The position numbers were made by a program, and so were the translations under genes. A stretch of DNA of 64,000 nt from Azolla caroliniana (lineage: Eukaryota; Plantae; Polypodiophyta): the NCBI GenBank assembly GCA_043228905.1, contig JBHGNT010000008.1:16120001-16184000 (forward strand), in the 5' to 3' direction. The notes beneath the pieces are model-generated. The model ran no database searches, was not told the origin of the DNA, and was given only the letters and a program-made list of their open reading frames with translations. Of this stretch, positions 13,301 to 23,853 are shown in pieces (position 1 is the stretch's first letter; every line of letters starts with the position of its first letter).

Positions 13301-15990
13301 AGGAGTCGAGATATCATCTTCATGGAGGACAAGACACTCGCCGACTGGGAGTCGGAGAAGAAGATGAAGAGCTCCAAGTTGACCGGTGAGGATCAACTCT
13401 ACAAGGAGCAGTCCCGACCGGCAAGAGACCGGTTAGCACTCGAGGATCCGGCCGAAGACGGTGAAGAAACAGAACCGGCCGAAGAAGATGAAAATGATAC
13501 CGGAACCGGCCCCGATCCCGAAATGGATTCGGAAGAAGAAGAATCGGAAGAACCGGTTACCGAAGCTCCGGAACGGAGATATCCTCTAAGAGAGAGAAGG
13601 GCCCCCCGGAGATTTCCGGAACCAGAGCACATGCTGCTAACCGATGAGGGGGAGCCGGAGAATTTTGAAGAAGCAGAGCTTGACACACATAGCCGCAGGT
13701 GGCTAAGTGCCATGCAGGAGGAGATGGATTCCCTGCATGAGAACCACACATATGAACTTGTGGAGTTGCCGAAAGGAAAGCGGGCACTTCGAAACAAGTG
13801 GGTGTTCAAGCTGAAACCGGGAGATGCCGGAAACCCCCCGAGATACAAAGCCAGGATCGTGGTGAAGGGGTTCCAGCAGAAGAAGGGTGTGGACTTCGAC
13901 GAGATATTTGCCCCGGTAGTGAAGATGACCTCCATCCGGACGGTGCTGAGCATAGCGGCAAGCATGGACCTCGAGGTAGAACAGATGGACGTGAAGACGG
14001 CATTCCTTCACGGTGACCTCGAAGAAGAGATCTACATGCAGCAACCGGAAGGATTCGAGAAGAAAGGAAAGGAGCACCTGGTATGCCGGTTGAAGAAGAG
14101 CCTTTACGGACTGAAGCAGGCTCCCCGGCAGTGGTACCGGAAGTTCGACTCCTTCATGACCGACGAAGGGTACCACAAAACGCAGTCCGATCACTGCGTG
14201 TTTGTGAAGAAGTTCGAAGGAGGAGACTTTCTAATACTCCTCCTGTACGTGGACGACATGTTGATCGTCGGACGGGACCAGGTCAAGATACGGATGCTGA
14301 AGAAGGCTCTTCACCGAACCTTCTCAATGAAGGACCTGGGTCCGGCGAGGCAAATACTAGGGATGCACATCATCCGGGACCGGAAGAAGAAGCAGTTGTG
14401 GTTGTCACAGGAGAAGTACGTGACAAAGGTGCTTCACCGGTTCAACATGTCGGAAGCAAGACCGGTCGGGTCAACACTCCCGGCAAACTGCAAGCTGTCC
14501 AGCAAGCAAAGCCCCAAGACAAAGGCTGAGAAGGAGGACATGATGAAAGTACCATATGCCTCTGCCGTCGGGAGCTTGATGTACGCGATGGTGTGTACCC
14601 GACCGGACATAGGATATGCAGTCGGAGTGGTGAGCCGGTACATGAGCAATCCCGGCAAAGAGCATTGGAACGCGGTCAAATGGATACTCCGATACCTGAA
14701 GGGCACGGCAAACATGTGCCTCCGATTCGGCTCCGGTAAGCCCGAACTCGATGGATTTACCGATTCGGATATGTCGGCTGATGCAGATACCAGCCGGTCC
14801 ACATCAGGGTATGTGATGACGTATGCAGGGGGAGCTGTTTCATGGCAGTCGAGGCTGCAGAAGACGGTTGCACTGTCAACCACGGAGGCGGAGTACATGG
14901 CGGCTGTTGAAGCCGGCAAGGAAATAATATGGATGAAGGACTTCATTAGAGAGCTCGGTATCCGGCAGGAGGAGTACCGACTCTACTGCGACAGTCAGAG
15001 TGCCATCCACCTTGCGAAGAACGCGGCCTATCACTCCCGGACGAAGCACATCCAGCGAAGATATCACTGGATCCGGGAAAGGATAGAAGACAAGGAGTTC
15101 GTGCTGACGAAGATCCACACGGACGAGAACGGGTCGGATATGCTGACTAAGGTACTTACACCCGACAAGCTGGAAGCATGCCGGAAGAGGATCGGATTGG
15201 AGAGACATCCCATGCCGAAGTGAAGGGGGAGTTTGTTGGGATTTACGGTCCCTCCGGATGGGATGTCCGGAGATGAATGACGGCAAGCCCGGTTGCGGTT
15301 ACGGAACCGGAGGATGAAGAGTACCCGGCATGAAGCCGGATGAAGAGTACCCGGCTACGGAGCCGGATGATGTAGACCCCGGCTACGGAGCCGGATGATG
15401 AAGACCCGGCTACGGAGCCGGATGACGAAGACCCGGCTACGGAGCCGGATGACGAAGACCCGGCTACGGAACCGGATGACGAAGACCCCGGCTACGGAGC
15501 CGGATGATGTATGTACCCGGAGAGAGATCCGGATGCGGGGACATATTTGTGAATATGTTTGCTAAGGGCCCTTGTGGCTATATTTGTAAATAGCCTGAAA
15601 GTCATATGTGTATAAATATGACTTAGGGCAAACAGTTTTATGTTGTTGCTCATTTTCTGTTTTTCCACTTAGAGAGAGTGAAGAGAGCAGCCGAGAGAGC
15701 GAGAGAGAGAGAGAGAGACGAAGAGGTCGTTGCCTCTGTGTATTACCGCCGCCTGTGGCGAAGACAGTGAGCTCAAGGTTGTTGCCTTGAAGCTTCACCA
15801 TTGTACATCTCTGTTCATAGTGATAGTTGGAGTTTGAGGACTCCCGTGGTTTTTTCCCGTATAGGGTTTTCCACGTTAATCCCTGTGTTATCGTGTCTTT
15901 CTCTGTGTTTCCTATTTTCTGCTGCATTGATTCGAGATTTCTCGGTTGTGGCCGAGTGGTCAAGGTGAATCGGAGCGTTGATTCGCAACA
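10334..15990 (+). mobile_element. Ty1/copia element F2 (same family as F1), inserted in F1 RT
   Basis: LTRs at 10334-11117 and 15234-15990. TSD CCGGC. PBS at 11121-11132. PPT GAAGGGGGAG. Confidence 0.95.
11149..15223 (+). pseudogene. F2 gag-pol, intact except for one frameshift near 13240
   Basis: Overlapping ORFs of 811 and 633 aa; TTCCTCAACTTACGGC versus TTCCTCGGTTACGGC in F1. Confidence 0.9.
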
Positions 15991-17587
15991 CCGGCGAGGC
16001 AAATACTAGGGATGCACATCATCCGGGACCGGAAGAAGAAGCAGTTGTGGCTGTCACAGGAGAAGTACGTGACAAAGGTGCTTCACCGGTTCAACATGTC
16101 GGAAGCAAGACCGGTCGGGTCAACCCTCCCGGCAAACTGCAAGTTGTCCAGCAAGCAAAGCCCCAAGACAAAGGCTGAGAAGGAGGACATGATGAAAGTA
16201 CCATATGCCTCTGCCGTCGGAAGCTTGATGTACGCAATGGTGTGTACAAGACCGGACATAGGATATGCAGTCGGAGTGGTGAGCCGGTACATGAGCAATC
16301 CCGGCAAAGAGCACTGGAACGCGGCCAAATGGATACTCCGATACCTGAAGGGCACGGCAAACGTGTGCCTCCGATTCGGCTCCGGTAAGCCCGAACTCGA
16401 CGGCTTTACCGATTCGGATATGTCGGCTGATGCAGATACCAGCCGGTCCACATCAGGGTATGTGATGACATATGCAGGGGGAGCTGTTTCGTGGCAGTCG
16501 AGGCTGCAGAAGACGGTTGCGTTGTCAACCACGGAGGCGGAGTACATGGCGGTTGTTGAAGCCGGCAAGGAAATAATATGGATGAAGGACTTCATTAGAG
16601 AGCTCGGTATCCGGCAGGAGGAGTATCGACTCTACTGCGACAGTCAGAGTGCCATCCACCTTGCGAAGAATGCGGCCTACCACTCCCGGACGAAGCACAT
16701 CCAGCGAAGATATCACTGGATCCGGGAAAGGATAGAAGACCAGGAGTTCGTGCTGACGAAGATCCACACGGACGAGAACGGGTCAGATATGTTGACCAAA
16801 GTGCTCACACCCGACAAGCTGGAAGCGTGCCGGAAGAGGGTCGGACTGGAAAGACATCCCATGCCGAAGTGAAGGGGGAGTTTGTTGGGATTACGGTCCC
16901 TCCGGATGGGATGGTCAGATGTCCGGGAATCGGGAATGAAGACCCAGTTCCGGAGCCGGATGATGAAGACCCCGGCTACGGAGCCGGATAATGAAGACCC
17001 CGGCTACGGAGCCGGATGATGAAGACCCGGCTTCGGATCCGGATGATGAAGACCCCGGCTACGGAGCCGGATGATGAAGACCCCGGCTACGGAGCCGGAT
17101 GACGAATGTACCCGGAGAGAGATCCGGATGCGGGGACATATTTGTGAATATGTTTGCCAAGAGCCCTCTAGGCTATATTTGTAAATAGCCCGAAAGTCAT
17201 ATATGTATAAATATGACTTAGGGCAAACAGTTTTGGTTGTTGTTGCTCATTTTTCTGTTTTCCACTTAGAGGGAGCGAAGTGAGAGCAGCCGAGAGAGAG
17301 AGAGTGAGAGAGGGAAAGGAAGAGGTCGACGCCTCTGTGTAATACCGCCGCCTGTGGCGAGGACAGCGAGCTCAAGGTCGTCGCCTTGCAGCTCGCCATT
17401 GTACATTCCCTACGTATAGTGATAGTTGGAGCCTTGCACTCCCGTGGTTTTTCCCGTCTAGGGTTTTCCACGCTAAACCCTGTGCATTCGAGTCTTTCTC
17501 TGTGTCTTCGATTTACTGCTGCATTGATCCGTGTTTCCTCGGTTGTGGCCGAGAGGTGAAGGTTTTTGAAAGCGTCAATTTCTAACA

Positions 17588-20500
17588 ACTATTGAGCTAT
17601 GTTCGGGATGCAAAGACGCCGAAGGGTGCGTGGGAAAATCTGGAGAAGATTTTCGCCTCGAGCACCACAACCAGGAAGCTTCAGCTCCGACAGGAGTTGA
17701 GCAACCCACGACAACGCGACTTGTCGGTGGCGGACTATACCTCGAAGATCAAGGATATCTGCGACCCCCTCGCCTCCATAGAGGTGAACATCGAGGAGAG
17801 CGAGATGGTCTAGATCTGTCTCAGAGGTTTGGCGTCGAAGTTTGGAGCGTTCCGAACGACTGTGTGTATCCGGGAGAATACGCCGTCCTTTTTCGACTTA
17901 CAGTCAATGCTCCTGGTAGAGGAGAACCACGTGGGTGCGTCTACAAGCACACACACCGACAGCAGAATGCTGTACACAGAGGGAGATAGGCCCCGTGGAC
18001 ATGGAGGACGAGGCGAGTCGGCGCGCAATGGAGGCGGCCGACGAGATCAAGGAAGAAGGCACCGAAGTGATGCTGACAGCAACTCCGAACCCTCCGGAAA
18101 CAGGGGGAGTCGAAGCGATGAGAATCGGCAAGGGAAGACCATCGCGGAGTGCTGGTACTGTGGCAAGAAAGGCCATAGGGAAAGTGAGTGCTGGAAGAAG
18201 CGCGCCGATTCGGAGAGAACCGGTTCCGGAAACGACTCCGGACATATCGACAAGGGAAATCGGCAGCGATCGCACTACGCCGAAGACTCCGGGAGAGCCG
18301 GAGAAGGGTCTACCTTCGTGACGAGACACGAAGCAAACTCAATGAAACGGACCACCCCGAGATCGGATGAGGTGTGGTACGTAGACTCTGGCGTGTCAAA
18401 CCACATGACGAGCCATAAGGAGCGGTTCTCGTACCTTGAAAAACCGATACAACCTAGAGTAGTCGCAACTGGAGACGACACTCCGCATCCGATCGCGAAT
18501 GTCGGAGAAGTTCCCCTTAGCCATGTCGGGCAGAAAGGGAAACTCATTAACGTGCTGCACGTTCCGACAATCACGAAGAACTTGGTCTCGATCGGACAGA
18601 TCGTCGACCAAGGGATGGAGGTTCGGTTTACACACCTCGGGTGCTTCATTGAGGAAGAAGGCCGTGTGATTGCGCAAGGGCGCAGAGACGAGAGGATGTT
18701 CATCCTCGATTCCACTGACGGCAGCACCGCAATGTTCGCGAAGGGACAAAAATCCGAGTCGGACATCGACTTGTGGCACAAATGGATAGGCCATGTCAAC
18801 TACCAGCGGCTTCAAGACTTGCAATCGAAACAAGTGGTGTTCGGATTGCCCAAATTTAGTGGCCGAAAGGCACAAATTTGTGAAACCGACATCCTTTCCC
18901 CAACGAGCGAAACTGGAGCCGGAACAAGCTCGACCTTATACACTCCGATGTATGGGGGCCGGCACAAAACGTTAGTCTTGGCGGGAGCCGATATTTCGTC
19001 TCCTTCATCGACGACCACACGCGGCACACGTGGATCTACCTCATTAAGAGGAAGAGCGAAGTCTTCGACTGTTTCCGGGATCTCAAAGGGTTCGTGGAAA
19101 CGGAAACGGGATGAAAGATCAAGTGCCTGCGGTCGAATGGCGGGAAAGAGTACTTTTTTGGTCAATTCAACGGTTATCTACAACAAATGGGAATTCGGCG
19201 CGAATTCAGTTGTAGATACACGCCGGAGCAGAATGGCGTGGCCGAGAGGAAGAATCGGTCAGTTGTGGAAGCGGCACGGGCAATGCTGGAGGAGAAGAGC
19301 TTGCCCAAGTTCTACTGGGCCGAGGCGGTAAGGACCGCAGTATACATCCAGAACCGGATCGGAGACAAAGTGTCGGCGCACGAGCTATATTTCAGAACGA
19401 AGCTGAACTTGCGACACTTGAGGGTGTTCGGTAGCATTGCGTATGTGCATGTACCGAAGGAGAAAAGGAGGAAGCTGGACGCAAAGGCCGAGAAATGCAT
19501 CTTGGTCGGTTACTCGGACGAGCAGAAGGGTTATAAGTGCTATAACCCTCGCACCAAACAAGCGCGTGTTAGCCGCGACGTTGTGTTTGATGAGTCCGCG
19601 TCCTGGTACCAGCCCCCGACTCCGAACCCCGACTCCAGTCCGAGTTCTGACGATGAGGTCAGCGAGGCCGAGATGCCTCCGGATGAGCCCGAAATCGAGA
19701 CCCGCGAAGAGAGTCCGATTTCACTCCGTTTAACTGGACCGATTGGACGACTGAGTCGGTACGATCAGTCCGATGAAGAGCCGACGAGTAGTGGAGACTC
19801 GGCCGTGCATTCCCCGCGTAGGAAGCCGAGGAAACGGCTTATGCGCAAAGAGAAAGGGAAGAAGAAGGTGTCGGATTCCGACACGGATAGGAACGAGTCA
19901 GACCGACGCGAGTCCGACTCCGAGGGAACCGGTGACGGGTCTTTAAAGGTGAAGTCCACGTCGACCGAGAAGGCCTCGACATCGGCTAATGTGAGATTAC
20001 GCCGATCTACCCGCCAGAAGAATCCTGTTTTGCGGTTCGGATACAACGAGTACATGGCGCAGCACAATGCATACATGACCCGTATAGCGGAGGTGCGTGA
20101 GCCGGAGAGCTATGCAGAAGCGGCGAAGGACGCTTATTGGCGCGCCGCGATGGAGGAAGAGATGCATGCATTGGCGGAAAACGAGACCTGGGATCTGGTT
20201 GATGCACCGAAGGGTGTGAAGCCGATCGGATGTAAGTGGGTGTACAAGGTCAAGTACAACACCGATGGCTCGGTCAACCGATACAAGGCCCGGTTAGTGG
20301 CAAAAGGTTACGCGCAGAAACAGGGCATGGACTATGATGAGACGTTTGCGTCGGTCGCGAAAATGACGACCGTCCGTGTTTTGCTCGCAGTAGCTGCGGT
20401 GAGAAGGGGTGGCACCTACATCAGATGGATGTAAAGAATGCGTTCCTACAAGGTGACCTTGAGGAACAGGTGTACATGGTACAGCCCCCCGAATTTCACT

Positions 20501-20790
20501 CTGGAACGAACTCCTCGGCAGTATGCCGACTGAAGAAGTCCCTTTACGGACTGAAGCAAGCCCCGCGTGCCTGGAACGCGAAGATCATGCAACAACTGCG
20601 TCGGATGGGCTTCGTCACGTCAAAATCGGACTCTTCCCTGTTCATCCGGAAAGGTCGACTCGGACCGGTTAGTATTTTACTATATGTTGATGACTTGGTC
20701 ATCACCGGGGCCGACCTAGGTGAAATCGACCGCGTGAAGCTCCAGCTTGCGGCATCGTTCGACATGAAGGATCTGGGGGACCTTCATTAC
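17588..20790 (+). pseudogene. Copia B gag-PR-INT-RT middle segment
   Basis: CWYCGKKGHRESEC; WYVDSGVSNHMT; integrase with a small deletion/frameshift near 18885; [10 protein letters not shown]...YVDD...DLHY. Confidence 0.9.
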
Positions 20791-23538
20791 TGTTGGGAGA
20801 CAGGTCCCTCCGGATGGGAAGAGACAGGTCCCTCCGGAAAGAGAAACCCTAAACCGGATGAGGAGTACCCGGCTACGGAGAGCCGGATGGTGCAGAACCG
20901 GTATGAACCGGGTGAGGAGTACCCGGCTTCGGAGAGCCGGATGATGCAGACCCGGTGAAGACCGGATGAGGAGTACCCGGCTACGGAGAACCGGATGAAG
21001 AGACATATTCGTAAATATGTTTTTTCTGATAGTCCATCGAGGCTAATTGGTAAATAGCCGAAAAGTCATATTAGTATAAATATGACTTAGGGGAAACTAT
21101 GAGTTGTAGTAGTTGTCCTTTTTCCTTGTTGGTGCAAGAAGAAGAGAGAGTACGTAACGTTGTACAGAGAGAGAGAGAGAGAAAGAGGTAGCTGCCTCTG
21201 TTGTAACCACCGCCTGTGGCGAAGATCGTGAGTCCGAGGTCGTTGCCTCCGTGAACTCACTGTTTTGTACATTCTTACATAGTGACAGTTTGCAGCCTGT
21301 CGGCTGCCGTGGTTTTTCCCCTAGTTTGGGGTTTTCCACGTAAACCTCCTGTGTATTTTCTTCTTCTTTGTGTCGCGTCTTATTTCCCGTTTTCTGTGTA
21401 TCATTCTAAGCTCGGTTGTGGCCGAGCGTTGCGCATAAGGAACGACCAGTTCCCGTCAAGTGGTATCAGAGCAACATGACACAGAAAATGGACGAATCGT
21501 TTGGCGGCATGTTCAAGCTCACCGGCTCCAACTATTCCGTGTGGAAGTTGAAGATGAGGGACATGCTCGTGGTTAGAGACCTCTGGCTGCCGGTTCAGTT
21601 CGGGGACAAGAGACCGGACAAAATCGACGCCGCGATATGGGAGGTGATGCACATGAAGACAACGGCGTACATACGGTGCTTCATCGACATGAGCCTATAC
21701 AACAACTTCAATGAAGAGAGCAAGGCTCATGAGCTCTGGGAGAAGATTGACATAATGTTTCAAAATAAAAATGTTGTTAATCAGGTTTCGGTATTCCGGA
21801 AGCTAGTAAGACTCTGGTACCAAGATGGCTCCAACATGGCGGAGCATATGAATGCCTTCCAGGGGCTGATACACTAGGCAACGTCATTGGAAGTACCTCT
21901 TGCCGATGAGGTACTAGCGCTACTCCTGCTCGGTTCCCTCCCTGATAGCTGGGAGACGTTGGTTGTCACTTTGGGCAACGCCGGGCCGGAAGGAAAGCGG
22001 TTATCCCTAGCAAGAGTAAAGTCGAGCTTGCTAGATGAGGAGTGCTAGATGAGGAGGCGCGTCGGAAAGACAAAGATACGAGCTCCGACTCCAAAGCGCT
22101 TCTTACCGAATCGGAACGCGGAAGACATAGAAACCGTAGTCCCTAGAACCGGGAGAAGTCGGGGACACGGTCAAAGTCAAGGGGGAGGCCTACTTGCTTC
22201 TATTGCGGCAAGCCGGGACACTTCCAGAAGAACTATCGGCATTTCCGTAAAGACAAGGAAACCGACGGTACCGACTCGAAGCAAACCCCAGACCGGAACG
22301 GTAAAGACCGGAGGGGGCCGGACCGGAAGGGAATGACGGCAATCGCGGCAAGTGAAGAAGATTTGATGCTCATCACCGAGGAGAGTGAGATAAACCTTGC
22401 CGGTGACGAGATGACCTGGGTGGTAAACTCCGGAGCATCGTTCCACCTTACCCCGGACCAGAAATGCTTCTCATCCTACTCAGCCGGTGACCACGGTTGT
22501 GTCCGGATGGGGAATGAAGGTACATGCCGAATTGTCGGCATAGGAGACGTGTGGCTGTCAACACCAACCGGATGCAAGTTGCTGCTGAAGGATGTCCAAC
22601 ACGTTCCGGAGGTTCGTCTGAACCTGATATCAGCCGGTCGGCTAGATGATGAAGGCTACACGGGTAGCATCCGGGACGGTGTCATGAAGTTCAGCAAAGG
22701 GAGCTTGATTGTGGCTCGGGCCCGGAAGGTCAACACACTGTACCTGATGAATGCCCGGTTATGCCCGGAAGAACTGAACGTGGCATCCGACACTGTCGAT
22801 GAGCTGTGGCACAAGAGGCTGTGTCATATGAGCGAGAAGGGGATGAAGAGGCTTGCAGACGACAACCTCATTCCACTGAAGAATGTGCACTTAGAGAAGT
22901 GCACTGATTGTCTGGCCGGTAAGGAGAACCGGACCTCCTTCCGACCAAGGCCACCGACGAGACGTAATGCACCACTGGAGTTGGTGCATACGGATGTGTG
23001 TCAAGTAGAAACGAAGTCACATGCCGGAGCGCAGTACTTCGTGACGTTCATAGATGACCACAGCAGGAAGCTGTGGGCCACACCGTTGAAGACGAAGGAT
23101 CAGGTGTTATCCGTCTTCAAAGAGCTCCACGCGAGAGTGGAAAGAGAAACCAGCCGGAAGCTGAAGGCGGTTCGAGCAGATAACGAAGGAGAGTACTGGG
23201 GGCAGTTCGAGGAGTACTGCCGCTCGAAGGGAATCCGGCTCGAATTTACCGTTGTCGCGAAGATTCGCGCGTGCGTGTGCTACTCGAGCGACCACCGGGG
23301 TCTTGGACTGGGGAGGACGTTCGCGGAATTATCGACGCTAGATGACGATCAATGTAAGATTAGACGGAATTTGTTCACTTGAGAAGAAGAAAAATTGTAC
23401 ACTTGAGAAGTAGAAAAATATGAAGAAGATAAAGACAAATTTTATATTGATGATAATGGTGTTGGTGATATCACATATTGAGCCCCCCTTACACAAGCCC
23501 AACTAGAGGCTTTTATAGGTCTTTCCATGCTCGTGACA

Positions 23539-23630
23539 TGCACAAAACCATGGGCTAAAACCATGGTTTTGTGCACACGGTTTTGCTTATGTCATGCACA
23601 AACCATGGTTTTAGCCCATGGTTTTGTGCA
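23539..23630. repeat. Inverted repeat with about 36-bp arms, made of AAACCATGGTTT palindromes, in the I LTR
   Basis: TGCACAAAACCATGGGCTAAAACCATGGTTTTGTGCA ... TGCACAAACCATGGTTTTAGCCCATGGTTTTGTGCA. Confidence 0.9.
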
Positions 23631-23699
23631 CATGGTTTTCTATGGTTGTTTCGTCTATAATTTGTATATGAAAAGGAAATACATAAAATCTACACTATA

Positions 23700-23770
23700 T
23701 GATAGTTGTCCTAGTGGTAAGGCAATTATCTTGTATCTTAGAGGTGCAAGGTTCAAACCTTGCTTGCACC
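23700..23770 (+). promoter_or_regulatory. tRNA-like Pol III cassette, antisense in U3 of the I LTR (second copy about 26571-26641)
   Basis: TGTCCTAGTGGTAAGG...GCAAGGTTCAAACCTTGC, with an intact T-arm-like hairpin. Confidence 0.65.
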
Positions 23771-23853
23771 CCTCTGTATGAACTCAAGTGCCACTAGGCT
23801 AGGTTTATTTGCTAAGTGCATGTGCAATGTTGCACATCCTTGGTTTATTCGTC

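Larger units (their letters stand above)
7137..16872 (+). pseudogene. F1 gag-pol: one TAG at 7605 (TGG in F2) and the F2 insertion in RT
   Basis: CFHCGKPGHFRKNC; VHTDVC; CIFLGYGDDEFGYRVWDPV; YVDD; DLGPA|RQILGM rejoined across F2. Confidence 0.9.
6431..17587 (+). mobile_element. Ty1/copia element F1 (Tnt1/Tork-like), inserted in B gag
   Basis: LTRs at 6431-7105 and 16883-17587. TSD ACTAT. PBS at 7109-7120. PPT GAAGGGGGAG. Confidence 0.95.
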
